From contig NMRA01000438.1 in NCBI GenBank assembly GCA_002633005.1, forward strand, positions 137,118-201,117: a DNA stretch of 64,000 nucleotides. The letters run 5' to 3'. The notes beneath the pieces are model-generated. The model saw nothing but the letters and a program-made list of their open reading frames with translations. It ran no database searches and was not told the DNA's origin. Made by a program: the position numbers and the translations under genes. Origin of the DNA: Phoronis australis (taxonomy: Eukaryota > Animalia > Phoronida). Positions 26,110-64,000 of this stretch are shown here, in pieces (the first letter of the stretch is position 1; each line of letters opens with the position of its first letter).

Positions 26110-27183
26110 CTGGTAACCGTGCAGTCGAATGACGATCCGCGGGCGGCCCATCCGAGAATATTTTAAGCGTATTTAGCTCGTTACTGTAAGTCACTGGCAT
26201 ATAGTGGCAGACGACGGCGAGAATTGGCAATTTGTAATCAATCGTAAAACATCGGATTTTTGTTTATTTATAGCTCTGGTCAAAGCTAACAACTTCAAGA
26301 AGTATAGCCCATACAACAAAAATCCTAAACGCACTGTTGGAGACGATGTTTTTTTTTTTTTTAAACGCAAGAGGAAACGCGTTACTTACCAGTAAAAATC
26401 ACTTAGTCGTTTCGCATTGCAACTGTGACCAAAACTATAAGTGTTGCCCAAAGCATAAATTAAGTTCATTTTTCCCCTCCCGTGACCAATGGTAAAATTC
26501 ATTTACGAACCGTCCTCTGACTAAGACAGTTACCGTTGGATTGCCAGACAGCGGCGAGAACACCCGAAAAACACCGTTTACTACCATAGCGGATCTAGGA
26601 TGCTACTGACAAGGAGTCTGCAACCATTACGCAAAGAATTGACCGCGGTAGCCCTAAAACGGCATCGGGGTGGCGCTGTTTATTTGTCTGGTCCCCTGTG
26701 TCGAGAGCGAGCGGGCCCCGGCAAAATATGCCGGAATGTATACTTTCGGTTTAAAAAAAATATATAATTTTGATTCTGTGAAGCTGACGATAAAAAGTCT
26801 GGTAGATTATCGATGGTAAAAGACACGTTCCTGACGCGTAAGAAGATATAATATGCCGTGAGCTATCAGACCACTGTGTCTGTAAAAAGATAATAGCCGT
26901 TATGGGCGCGTTACGTAGGCCTACCCGTCCTACTTCAGTGGAACAGGACAAGCGAAGTGAATTAGCAAAAAAATTGCCAGGCAACACGAATGTCACATCA
27001 CACGCAAAGCGTACGTGTAAATTGGGTTGGACTTGTCACGTGATTAGCAGCGGACATGAGTAAAATACGGAGTGAAAATCACAGCACCTCATCAGTTCAG
27101 AACTAAAATTATTTTAAAAGTCTACAATATCGAATGAAGAAATAAGATGATCAAAACGAAGTCTTCTTTAAATACAAAATAAG

Positions 27184-27189
27184 TTTATT
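27184..27189 (-). terminator. Candidate polyadenylation signal AATAAA for TMEM145 (implies a ~3.9-kb 3' UTR)
   Basis: AATAAA on the minus strand followed by U/GU-rich sequence, located where AT-rich UTR-like sequence gives way to a CpG-rich region. Other AATAAA sites exist nearer the stop. Confidence 0.35.
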
Positions 27190-29867
27190 ACTTTAATAAA
27201 CATATCAGTCAAGTTCAACAAGCACGCAGAAATATTTCATTTTCAATCCCAACCAGACAAATACGTTTTGTGTTTTCACTGAAAACTGCACTGTTGGCGA
27301 TAATGATGTCACAGAGTGGAAAAAAATGCCCTTAGTACATAATGGTCAAAATCAACGCCTTTAAATTAAAGATAATTTACATCATCCGAAAACTCCAACG
27401 TGTATGATAAAAAATAACATGAAAAGGTTTCACTTCCACGCAGGAAATCGGAACAGCTCAAACGCGATGCTGAACAGTAAACGGCAAGAATTTTTTTATG
27501 TTCAATCTGACAAACGGAATATTTTCGGGACTGCTAAGTAAGTTTGTATCTTACAGGGCAATTATGTCCAAGGTATATCTATCATTAAAACCAAAACTGT
27601 CCACTGCCAGTGATATTAAGCAAGAGACTTCATTTTTTGATCCGCTGTTTAACTTACACATTCAGAAGGGACAGGTAAGATGTCAAATAAAGTTCTGACA
27701 ATTTTCCAAATTTCCAAAATCTGATTAACACCAGAGAAGCAAGTTACCAAAATTTTAAACTTTTCAGAAACCCTCAGAAACCGCTTACATTGGTAATGCT
27801 TCAAGTAAGCTTTTATATGTCCTTTCAACATCAATCTTCAAACAGTAAGTGCCGACAAGAAGTCCAAAATCAAAACAAGTCAAAAGGAATAACGGTTTCA
27901 AACATCAGTTAAATTAGCTCAAGCATGCTAAAATTACTGCAACTTAAAAATGTTGAGTACTAAATATATATTTAACATAACATAAAATATATAATCATAA
28001 CGCATAAATTAATCACAACCATTAATTTGAACACATGCCACAGAGCAATAACTTGTAGAAGGTGAGACTACATCCCATACATACAGGGGATTTGTGATAG
28101 TAAGGCACAAAGACTACATTGGGAAAACTAGGTTTTTATAGCCTTTGTAGTGTGCCAAACACAAGCAAAATCGAATAAAAAGAAATGAGCAAGTGATAAT
28201 GACAGGAGATGAGAATCAATATGCATGCGGAGTTCAGAGTTTATAATACCAATGTGTAGTAATTCCCGGTAATAATATCTTTATTGACAGCATTCGTTCA
28301 TAAAAACCGTACATTCAGCCAAAAAGTGTAGTTGGTTCTGGACTCTGACTGTGTGACATTTTTTAAGTTTGTCTTTTTCAAAGAAAATCCATCAGAGACT
28401 AGGAAAGTTGAAGCAGCATTACTTACTCAACTGACATTCATGAAATTCCAAACCTCTCATAGCATTGGTTATGTGCCATTGTGCACAGGCCTATGTTCCA
28501 AAAGCACACAGAACCTTAGCTTAAACTGATGGAAGTGGACGTTCGTTTTTATTTAGAGGATGGGCACAGGAGTGAAAATAAGTCTGGGTAGAGACTAGAA
28601 CCAACCGCGCTTTTTGTCCTTACCCATAAAGGATTTTCACTACTTCATATCACTCTCTTTCGTTGTATAAACACAGTATGAAACAGATCAATAGAAGGCA
28701 CTGAACAGCTGTGTACAGACCTCTGGTGGTCAACAACGGAACTCACGCCATACGAGTAGAATGATGTAGTAAATTTTTTGGCATCATCACAAGGGAATGG
28801 ACAGAAAATGTTTTGCATAAATAAATAAAACTAGCCTTACTAACAATGCGCTATGAAGGAATGTTCTTATAGCCTTTGAAAAATACACTCGGTGCATATC
28901 AAGTATTTACATCATATCAATATTAATATATAACAAGTTTAATAGTATAAAATCACATCACTTATGATACATTGGAGACACGCCACAGCAAAGAGTAAGA
29001 AGATCTCCATTCACACAAAAATTGGCTAGGGCGGATACCATAACAATAACTTGTACAACCAGTCTCCAAAGAAAGAACACAGAATCTCACAAGAGTTTGA
29101 CTAGACGAGGCTGGAGGCACTGCCTGCAGTGACGCATCCCATACCAACATCCCATTAAGTTAGCCAGTCATCAGTACCACAGAAACCAATTAGAATTGCA
29201 CCTGTCAACTTCCTACAGTCATATTATTTATAATGGACAAAGTAGGTCACTATTCAGCACTTCCATTTTCAGCACTTTTTGATACAGAGAGCATTTCGGG
29301 AAAGAGTTGTAAACATTACAGGCTTTCTGATCAGTAAAACAGTGCAAGATACAAAAAGCATTTTTGGCTTAAGAAAACACCTGTTAAATTCAGGCTTCCC
29401 CATATTTCTTACACAACTAGCCATTGATTCTATGAATAAGCATGTTATTGCAAAGAAAGGTTATTTCCACAAAAAGCCTCAGTGTTTAGGGCCCAGGGTC
29501 TAATTTCTATACTTGAAACTCGACTCGGAAATTGACCAACTGTATGTAAACATACGAATATGTTCTTAAATTATGCAGCGTGATTGCTTAAATTCCGATT
29601 CCGGGGCTCAGTTATAGTCTCACCTTACAGACCCTTGACCATGATTGATAACTGTACAACCATAATTAACAATTCAGCACTTGACGTTTACGTCACGATC
29701 AATTCTTTTTTTACTTCACCAAAATTAGGGTGTATCTCCTAGGTTGGGGGGTGTACAACTTGTTGTAGCTCAACAGCAGACCGCCCAAGTTGTTTGGCTG
29801 CTTCTTTTCACAAGTCACTTCAACTGAACATCAACATTAGATGCGTGCTACAACTGGAACACTTAGA

Positions 29868-29993
29868 AGTAAAATCTTCAGGACGGAACTTAAAGTAGGA
29901 GTAAAATCTTCAGGACAGACCTTAAAATAGCAATAAAATCTTCAGGACAGAACTTAAAATAGGAGTAAAATCTTCAGGACGGAACTTAAAATA
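29868..29993. repeat. Minisatellite, 4 x 32 bp (agtaaaatcttcaggacggaacttaaagtagg), in the putative TMEM145 3' UTR
   Basis: Units start at 29868, 29900, 29932 and 29964. Confidence 0.92.
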
Positions 29994-31121
29994 ATTACAA
30001 TAAATAAACTTGTCAAAAAATGAACATTCAGTCACGGCAAACATACAGAGCAAAGCTTGAGAATAAAAAACCTACATACTTGTTATGCATAGGAAACATA
30101 CACATGCTTATTAATCTTTGTCACAATAGGACAGCTGGTCTTATTGACTCTATCAGTGAAGGCCTTAGTGGTGTTACACAAATTCCACAAAGAATAAATG
30201 TGGCTGAATTTAATGAAGAAAAGTGGGTTGGTCCACTGCATTCGAATCCCAAATGCCAATGAAAAATAACAGGGGGCAACTCTTTTTGTAACTCTACCAA
30301 GTGGCAATTCACTATAGATCACTCACGAGCTCTCAGGGAGTTTTTAGCATAATACTATGTATTTGCGCATACATTAGAATGTTAATCAAGTTATGTCTTG
30401 TAATGACATGGAACATCGTTATCAAGAAATATTTGAGGTTCTCCCTTTGTAATATAACATTGTTCAGATTTTTCATGAATTCACAATCAAATGATTGCCA
30501 AGTGATTATGAATAATTGCTAACATTTATGACATGGATTTGATGTCATGAAAAATGTCGCATTTTTGAAAAAATCCACTTGGTTGACAATTATCTCGTCA
30601 ATACTTAAAGTTAATGCGATCAAAAAACCACCATTTGAAGATGTAATTTTTATCAAAAAGGGAAATTCCTGTCAACAGGTACATATTATTTTGTGACAAC
30701 TCCCTACTAAGTGATGAAATCTCTGAACAATTACTAACTCAAAAATGACCAGGCAGTTTAGTAATGAGCCTAACATGGGTGATTGACAGGACAAATAGTG
30801 ACTGACAGATGTCATCTACTTGTAATACTGAAGTCATCACCAGCCAACTCAAATGTCACTTGACATAGTGAATGTCTATCAGACCCTGCATAAACCAAAG
30901 ACTGAAATACCAGTGAATTAAAAAATAGAGAAATACATATTGCTGACATCAACTTCTGATTGCATAACAATTGCATCAAAAGAAATACAGAGAAATGAAA
31001 TCAGAAACAGAATTCTTGACAAATAGTAAAAACACTGATAGAAAGCAGGCTATTGGACTCTTCCTCGAGATTCGTTGTCTGGATGGACTACTTTATGGAT
31101 GGACTACTTTTCAAGGAATGC

Positions 31122-55673
<24,552 letters not shown>

Positions 55674-57884
55674 ATTTTCATAAATGACGTTATGATCACG
55701 TGGCCACTTGACCCCATGGCAACATATAAATAAATAGTGGGCCAGGAACCGCTGACTGAACAGACTTTCTTTTGGAAGTAATTTAGTCTTGTTCTTTTGG
55801 AAGTAATTCAGTCTTTCATTTTGATTGCCCTCAAAACAACAAAAAGAAAACAAATGAATATCGTATACGCTTCGTTGAACCACAGGTACTTCATTAGCTC
55901 CTCGACATGGGTATACGGCGACTGCCGGAGTGCCTGAGTCCGGAGACTGACCTCAGGGCTCGGGTCACGGTGGCCGACCGCGTGACTGTGACAAGACAGA
56001 TAGGTCGATGCCACGCATCGGGCACTCGAGAAAAGAAAGATAGGAAAACACAGAGAAGAAAGAAAATTTGAAGGGTACATTTGTCAAGAGAAAACTGTGT
56101 GTGGTTGACAACACGAATAATGTCCGTGGTCAGCTGAGTGACTCATGTTTTTTTAGTTTTTTTACTTTATTTTTCAACGCACATAAATAGCTTTCACACG
56201 GCAGCTCCTACAGCCAGAGCCATGAGATCATTCAGGGGACCCAATTTTGTAGCATGAATAGGTCGTCTAAGCACTTCGCAGAGCATATTTGAATTCACTG
56301 GAATTTTAACTGAATTCATGCAAGAAGACAATTTAGAGAGAATGCTAGTTGAGGGATCCTTCTATGGCAGGGGTTTCCGAAGGCTCCCCGGCCCGTGCCG
56401 ATTCGATCGTGGGATAGCAAACCGTTGGCCGGTAATTGACCGGTGTAGTCAATCTTAAACGACTGATTAACTCGAATGTGGTGCGGAGAGCCAAAGATGA
56501 AAAAAATCAGGGCGCAAATTTTCTATTAATTAATTTTTCTGAAGGACCAAAAAAGGGAGGGCACGTGGTCCCCAAAATTTTGCAGGCGTCAGGGTTAAAT
56601 CGTAGCAACCGACATTGGCGTGGGGCTGGGGACAGTCAAGAAAAGAACGACTGCGAATATGGATAAAAGAGACATCAAGAGAACACAATGGCTTACCAGG
56701 CCATTGTTGTTAGGGTGGGGCTCCGTTTTTACAGAATAGGTCGTCTAAACGCACTTGAAAACGTGCATTTAATCATTGATACATGTATTTCGGAAAATAG
56801 AGAAAATTGTAAATTCAATAAGACAATTTTGCGAATGCAAAACTATATTTTTTCAAAGGTCCCTCTCTGGCAAATGATAACCCAGGCAGCTGTCGCTCTA
56901 TTTTTTCGTTTTATTCCTCGAAGCTGTATATCACTTGAGAAAAAATTACCCGACAGATAATATCAATTCCTGCGCATTTCCTGATCTTTGAAAATATAGA
57001 TCTTTAGGCGCCCAGCCTTCGAAGGGAGCCTCTGACGACATTCATGTGACCACCGTTTTCGTATTTTTATCGACAAATTCTTAAAGAACAGGGTCACAGA
57101 GAGAGGGTCCAATGTTGGAATCGATTTCCTCTAGTCTCCTGTTTTTGTGAAATCAAACTACCCGCTTTCATGTTGAGGTAGGTCACTTCTTGCAGTCACA
57201 TGACTATGGAATGAACTGTCACTATTTTTCAACCTTAAGGTATCCCATTTCAGATGAGACCCTATCGCTGGGGCGGTTCGGGGGAATTGTCTCTTTGTCC
57301 CTCTATACACGTAAAGCCGACACTGTCAGGTATTCACGAGGGGAAGTTGATATTCCAAATTTATTAAAAACACAAAGCATTCGTGAACAACACAACAGTA
57401 TTAAGACATTCGACTCAAACAACCAAACATGTGAAAAATACAATGGGATTGACAGCCATCGAAAAGATATAATTTGAGATCGTAAACACCACTTTTTGTG
57501 AATTACAAAGCGCACTATTTCCGATAGTTGGTTATAAAATATTCCTTTTCCAACTGTATCACAAGAATAGTTTTTCTTTTGAAGATCGTTACTAGGAGTT
57601 GTTTTTAAAGAATTCGCACGTGCCAAAAAGACTGTCGGGGCCATCATGACCGTGTACATGTAAAATGGGGGTACTCAAAAAGTAATCACAAACAAAGATT
57701 TCAGCGTTTTTTTTTTGGACTTCAACTTCAACTTTAACTCGTGAACCATTATAGGCACCTCTGAAGGAGCAGAATACACCTCATTACGAATGCCCCTCTC
57801 CCATGTTCCCCCGGTTACCCGTCAAAAATCTTCGCGCATTGCCCGCATTAATTACTTATAACATTTCGTTTTGATAAACAAATT

Positions 57885-58508
57885 CGTTGGTTTCTGATTT
57901 AAATGTGTATGTACAAGTATCTACGATAGTCCGCGGCAGATTAATAGATTAGCTTTGACTATGAGTAGAAGATAATCTTGAAAGAATTGATAATGTTTCA
58001 GTGAATTTAGTTGCAGCTAGAAGTTGGAGAAACTCTATAATCCGACCCCCAAATAGTAAAGTACACTGAGACGAATTTTGCCTATCTAAAATAACTCTCA
58101 AAGACATTAATGAAATTCGGACAGTTCCCGAAAATATACTCAAAATTCAAATGACAATGAATTCATTGCTTTTTGATTTTGGAACGAGATTTGTCGTTCA
58201 AACTCACAAACAAGAGATCAAATAGGAATGAGATGATTAAATCAAGGTAAACGCGTTGTTCATGGAATCGATTGTTGGTTTCTGATCACATGTTTACGTA
58301 TCTAAAAAATCGACTGATTGATAGATAGTATTTTGACAATTAGAAGGTAAACTTGTAAGAAACTATTATGTTTCACTGAACTTTGTTGCAGGCTCTCGTT
58401 GGGAAATTCGATCTATCATCAGATCCTCAAATAGCAAAGTATACTAAACTGTTTTTGTCTCTCTGAAATAAGTCTCAAGGATATTGATGAATGTCGGACA
58501 GTTCTACA
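57885..58508. repeat. Old tandem duplication, ~390-bp period
   Basis: gttggtttctgat...caaatag.aaagta.act...tctcaa.ga.att.atgaa..tcggacagttc is colinear at 57885-58130 and 58274-58508. Confidence 0.75.
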
Positions 58509-61500
58509 AATGATATTATTTCAAAGATTTGGAAACTATATTAGTGGTTTAGATTCACAAGTTAGAATTTACCTATTTTATGCCTTTTAAAGTTGCATAG
58601 AACGAACTACCCTCTCACACAGTACTGAGAGTGCCACGGAAAATATAGCTTACAAAACTGCTTTTGAGGTTTCATCTTGGACATTTTCTTCAAAGGAAAA
58701 TATTGAACATGGTAAAGATGGTCTTTAATCGAAATAATGTGTTTCCTGCGAAAATTTCTGAATGCAGTACCGAAGACTGGACAAATGAAATATAGCTCAC
58801 TAGAGGACTCAGTAGGCGCACGGAAGGGCCGACGACCAGCGCAACACAGACGCTGCTCCTTTGTTGTTCTGCTGTCCGCTACGCTTTTATTATCCTTTGT
58901 AGGCCCACATATACAAAAATGAAACTTTTGTTTAGTTTTAAGAAAATTTAAATGAAGACATTAATAAAAAGTGATTAATGATCTTCTGATTTCAGATATA
59001 AATGAAAAACAAGAAAATGTTAGTGGCTTTAGATGACTAAATTCACTGTTGCCGAGCAGCGGACGCCATATTTAAAATTTACTCTCTTCGTGTGCTGTTG
59101 ACTTCGCATTTAATTTTCACTGTTTCACTGTCAGCCAAGAGCAGAGTAAGGTTGTTTTTATCCTTTGCTATTTTTGAAGCCTAGAATAGCTATGCCAATG
59201 TCCACAATTTCTGTTATACGCATTAAAATGCCTGTTGAAACTGTTATAAACTCGAGATCCACAGCTTTCCAATTCATTCATTGACTGTCGACTCACGTCG
59301 TGTTACTCACTGTTACTGTCAGTCGGTAAACCAGCAATAGGCTAGCGTCGTGTGTGCTCCACCAGTTCCACCCAGCATCGTTAGAGAAAGAAAATTTCTG
59401 GTGCGTGGTTAATTAACATGCATGGCACGATTTCTCCTCTTTTCGTTTGAAGCCAATGCAGGCAGAACCTGGTCACTGGTCGGATATAATGCCAATGGTC
59501 CCTGATATAGAGAACAAGTTTCATCCACTAAGTAACCAGCCTGTTATTTAGTGATTGCCTGGTTCTCTAAATCCGGGACTGCTATATCCGACCAGTGCCT
59601 GTAACCTGATGTCAACTTGCCGTGCGACTGCAAATTTCCCTCATCCAGTCGCCAAATGGAAACTGAGGTCACCAAACTTGTTTGGTGAAAGCCAAACTTA
59701 AGATTAATGAGATACCTAAAGTAAAAAGCATGTAAACTCTGCAAGTGTCTGCTAGGCCTACCTCCTGCAGAAGGCAAACCATAGCACTGGATCAATCCCT
59801 TCCGATTTTTGCTTTCTTCCTGTACGTGCAGATATTTTGAGTGTATCCTTGGATGTGGCGTGGCAACCTGGATATTTTACCAGGTCGCCAAAGAAATCTG
59901 AGGCATATTACCAACCTCCAGGTTGCCAAATTGACCCTGGCCTTGGTTCAAAGCTGTACATACTAGATAATCATCATATAGTTAGCCGGCTGGTTGAATT
60001 GAGCCTTGCAGTGGCATGGTAGTCAAAAGTCAACTTCATAGCTGCCGTGGCGGGTCTGTAGTTATGGGTCACTCAGCTTTAGTTTCTTGAATAAGAAAGT
60101 ATATATAAAGTAATTAAGACATTAAGTATAGTGCCTCCATATTCATTAACTTTCAAGATTTATCTGAAAATGGGAAAAGCTAAGACCTTAAGAACGTTGC
60201 TATATAACACTAACCTTTTATTGACATACTTCTGCAGCTTTTTTCTTTGACCTAGTTATTTGACCTCAATTGAAATCAAATTGCTCCTAGTGATGCTAGA
60301 GTGCCAGCCAAAATAAAAGTATAAGCGCTGATTCTCTTAACAATTTTATAGTTGAAAGTAATATCTATAGACTGCAATACAACTTGTGGTTAAAACCTGA
60401 GAAAATAACACCTTGGCTGTTGCGACAAATAAGTAATGGGTCTGTTCAATAGACATAGCAACTCTATAACCTTGCTCGTCACTTCCAGTAGGAATGGTGA
60501 CTGACTGGATTTTACAGGTTATAAGATTCTAGTCACTCAGTTGTGGTTGTAATTTACACCTGTTTTAAATGAAAATGAAATTCGCTATTGTTTTGGTATA
60601 GTTAGCTTTTCATAAAACAGAGTGTGCAGCCATGTTGTGTTCTTAGGGACTTCCATCAAGGTGTCCCATTTATATCGTACGTCATCAACATTTATCACAA
60701 TGACCCACAATTGACAGCTTGAGAACTGTGGGTAAGTCGCTAAAATCCATGATAGTGATTCAACATTTTCATAAAAAGGATGAAAAGATTTTATTTTCGC
60801 CAAAACCAATATCTGCAGAATATTGTTAGAATGAACTTAGTTGAAAACTGATTTAGTATAAAAGTTTTGTCAGTGACTCGTAACTCTCAAGTTGATAATG
60901 CATTCTTGTAACAGTTTGAAAACTGGCTGAAGTTATAGACAACCTAAGGTCATACGGTACTAAGCCTGGTGGACGAAAACATCGCAACAGCATTGACACC
61001 TTACAAAGAGACTGGTCATGCTCAAAGGCAATGTGTAAAGACAGCACAAAAAATAAATTTAAAATGCCTTTTTGTAAATTCAATGCTTAGAACTTAGTAA
61101 ATTCATTAAAATCACTGACATTGATTTCAGTGATTGTCTGACAGACAAGGAAGAGAATAGACAATTTATAATAATCAGCGAAAACTATGGATTTTGTTGT
61201 TTTTTAGCTTTCTCGTCAAAGTCAGTAACTTCAAGAAGCCTATGTCATCCTACAAAAACCCCTTTAGTCAGTTGTATGCTGTCTTGTGAATTTAATGCTG
61301 GCTTAATAAAATCAATCCTGTTGTGTGGATCCAGTCTCAGGCCTTCATCCAGGATTTCGAAAATAGGGTGTCCAAAATGAGGTTCCCAATATTCCAGGGC
61401 GTCCATAATTCCGACGCGTAACCCCCCATCCCCAGCAATCCCCCCCCAACACACAGATTTTTTTTACAAAAAATGCATAGACCAAGGTTTTTACATCTAA

Positions 61501-61769
61501 GTTTACAAAACAGCTTTCTGTAGTGAGCATTTTTAATAAAACATTGGTGTAGACCAAGACTTTTACAATGCTATCAACCAAGTGTGAGCATAGCAACATT
61601 GTATATACTTTGTATATACATTGTATATTTCTTCCTGCTTTGAAAAAAGAGCCCCCACTGTGAGCCTTCAGAGGCTTCCTAGTAATCATTACAATGTGTG
61701 TGTCCAAACTTGAAAGGTTCCTATTGACAGTGGGCGTCCAAATGATACATTGGGCGTCCTTGCCAGGGC

Positions 61770-62713
61770 NNNNNNNNNNNNNNNNNNNNNNNNNNNNNNN
61801 NNNNNNNNNNNNNNNNNNNNNNNNNNNNNNNNNNNNNNNNNNNNNNNNNNNNNNNNNNNNNNNNNNNNNNNNNNNNNNNNNNNNNNNNNNNNNNNNNNNN
61901 NNNNNNNNNNNNNNNNNNNNNNNNNNNNNNNNNNNNNNNNNNNNNNNNNNNNNNNNNNNNNNNNNNNNNNNNNNNNNNNNNNNNNNNNNNNNNNNNNNNN
62001 NNNNNNNNNNNNNNNNNNNNNNNNNNNNNNNNNNNNNNNNNNNNNNNNNNNNNNNNNNNNNNNNNNNNNNNNNNNNNNNNNNNNNNNNNNNNNNNNNNNN
62101 NNNNNNNNNNNNNNNNNNNNNNNNNNNNNNNNNNNNNNNNNNNNNNNNNNNNNNNNNNNNNNNNNNNNNNNNNNNNNNNNNNNNNNNNNNNNNNNNNNNN
62201 NNNNNNNNNNNNNNNNNNNNNNNNNNNNNNNNNNNNNNNNNNNNNNNNNNNNNNNNNNNNNNNNNNNNNNNNNNNNNNNNNNNNNNNNNNNNNNNNNNNN
62301 NNNNNNNNNNNNNNNNNNNNNNNNNNNNNNNNNNNNNNNNNNNNNNNNNNNNNNNNNNNNNNNNNNNNNNNNNNNNNNNNNNNNNNNNNNNNNNNNNNNN
62401 NNNNNNNNNNNNNNNNNNNNNNNNNNNNNNNNNNNNNNNNNNNNNNNNNNNNNNNNNNNNNNNNNNNNNNNNNNNNNNNNNNNNNNNNNNNNNNNNNNNN
62501 NNNNNNNNNNNNNNNNNNNNNNNNNNNNNNNNNNNNNNNNNNNNNNNNNNNNNNNNNNNNNNNNNNNNNNNNNNNNNNNNNNNNNNNNNNNNNNNNNNNN
62601 NNNNNNNNNNNNNNNNNNNNNNNNNNNNNNNNNNNNNNNNNNNNNNNNNNNNNNNNNNNNNNNNNNNNNNNNNNNNNNNNNNNNNNNNNNNNNNNNNNNN
62701 NNNNNNNNNNNNN
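61770..62713. other. Assembly gap (N run)
   Basis: N characters; the ORFs spanning it are artefacts. Confidence 1.
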
Positions 62714-62910
62714 CGTCCAAAATAACATTCTGGCCGTCCAACAGAAAGCCGTTGCGTAAACCGTTGCTTGGGAGTCCGATTATTTTACGCTTTGAAACGT
62801 ACAGTTGTATATTTTGGCGAATAAAATCTTTTAATGTGTATGACATGTGACTTCCGTGTGTAACGCGCAGTCGTATATAGCTCTTCTAAATTACGAAATC
62901 AGAACCTAGT

Positions 62911-62980
62911 GTCTCGTGGTCTAGAGGTTTAGAGTGAAGACACCACATTTTACGGCCAAGGTACGATACCCGGTGTCTAT
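62911..62980 (+). pseudogene. tRNA-Glu-like relic or tRNA-derived SINE head
   Basis: A-box-like gtggtctagaggtt and B-box-like cggccaaggtacgatacccggt at tRNA spacing, resembling eukaryotic tRNA-Glu (GTGGTCTAGTGGTT...CGGCCCGGGTTCGATTCCCGGT). The acceptor and anticodon stems do not pair. Confidence 0.5.
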
Positions 62981-64000
62981 AGCTAAGTTTTGAAGTAACA
63001 AATTTGTAATGAAGAAAACAAAAATTGAGAACTTGCTGAAACAAATAATCGTGGAGAGTGGAAAAAAGTTAGAAAATTAATAAACGTAGAGACCCGAATA
63101 AGCGCCGTATAGACCGGAAAACGAGTCTGAAAAAAATAATCGTATATATACGGCTATTCGGAACTCGAGAGTAATCAATGGAACTAGCCCCTGTTAGGTA
63201 ACAGTTTGCATATTACGTAACATGCTAAAGTGGAGTTACGAATCAATGACCAGATAACGAACATTCATTAAATGCAGTTTCGGTGTGAAAATTTGTGAAT
63301 GTACTAGGAAACATTTTTGTAAATTTCCTAGATCCCACCAAATTAAGTTCCACCAAATTTTGATGTAATAATACGTACTACTGGAGAAATATTGTTTGCA
63401 AGCTTAGTGGTTTTCAATTTAAATCGCTATCTAAATCATGTAACCACTGGGGGTGGTGCCTGCGTTGTACTGCACTGATTGTGTAGTGTCAGCATCTGCC
63501 AGTGGTATTAACGTCCTCTTTTCACTGTCCATAAACACAGGCAAATTTTAACCTAGAGCGCTGTGATATCGAATTTTTGTGTTGTGCTGACTGGTTCATC
63601 TTAAAAGTGTCAGTTAACAGAAATCTGGGTTTTTCTCAGCAGAAACCAATTACCTTGCCCAGATAAGCTCAGCATTGTCTAATAATGGCTTTCTGATGAT
63701 TGGCATGTAATGACCTATAGATAATAAGATGTATGAATGCCTTGAAGTTTACTTGTAGTCTGTGGTGTATAGAGTGACAATAAGGCATTCACATTATTAC
63801 AGTCTTGCAAGACCTTGTGACTCCTATACATTGCACTTGTACAGCTGGCTTTAAATTCTTGCCAGAGGCTGAGTGTATCCATATTTAAAAACATCAAGTG
63901 AATTTGTTCTTAATAACTTCTTTTGCTTATAGGTATTCGTCGATAATTATTTTACTCCTGTGCAAAACTTGAAGAATGCCGTTGATAGAAGAAATTCCAG

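Noticed and set aside
26572-26586. 15-mer acaccgtttactacc identical to part of exon 10a (37517-37531)
   Set aside because: About one or two such matches are expected by chance in 64 kb, and the similarity does not extend.
29868-29993. CRISPR-like 32-bp repeats
   Set aside because: The units are directly adjacent with no unique spacers, there are no cas genes, and the context is eukaryotic; this is a minisatellite.
55684-55705. TGACGT plus CACGTG (CRE, E-box or CLEAR-like) next to the TMEM145 ATG
   Set aside because: Short motifs only 10-30 nt from the start codon with an unknown TSS; cannot be distinguished from chance.

Overview
This is AT-rich metazoan genomic DNA (probably a marine invertebrate; that is inference), not prokaryotic, so the supplied ORF track is mostly noise. 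There are two N gaps (745-1654, 61770-62713). The one clear protein-coding gene is a minus-strand, multi-exon TMEM145 orthologue (GOLD/GOST-type seven-transmembrane protein). I traced it by hand from ATG 55673 to stop 31122: 13 exons, all GT-AG with consistent phases, 522 aa. It carries a tandemly duplicated 121-nt exon (10a/10b) encoding TM6-TM7 with the hallmarks of mutually exclusive splicing, and two possible C-termini. The first ~19 kb consists of two tandem arrays: a ~1.4-kb higher-order repeat built from ~226-bp monomers, and a ~1.7-2.1-kb repeat. Their minus strands translate into frameshifted, stop-riddled leucine-rich-repeat-like fragments, including a Toll-like segment, suggesting an LRR gene that decayed and was amplified as satellite-like DNA. 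The rest is intronic or intergenic sequence with many MITEs (several with 5-bp TSDs), a 32-bp minisatellite, microsatellites and a tRNA-Glu-like relic.
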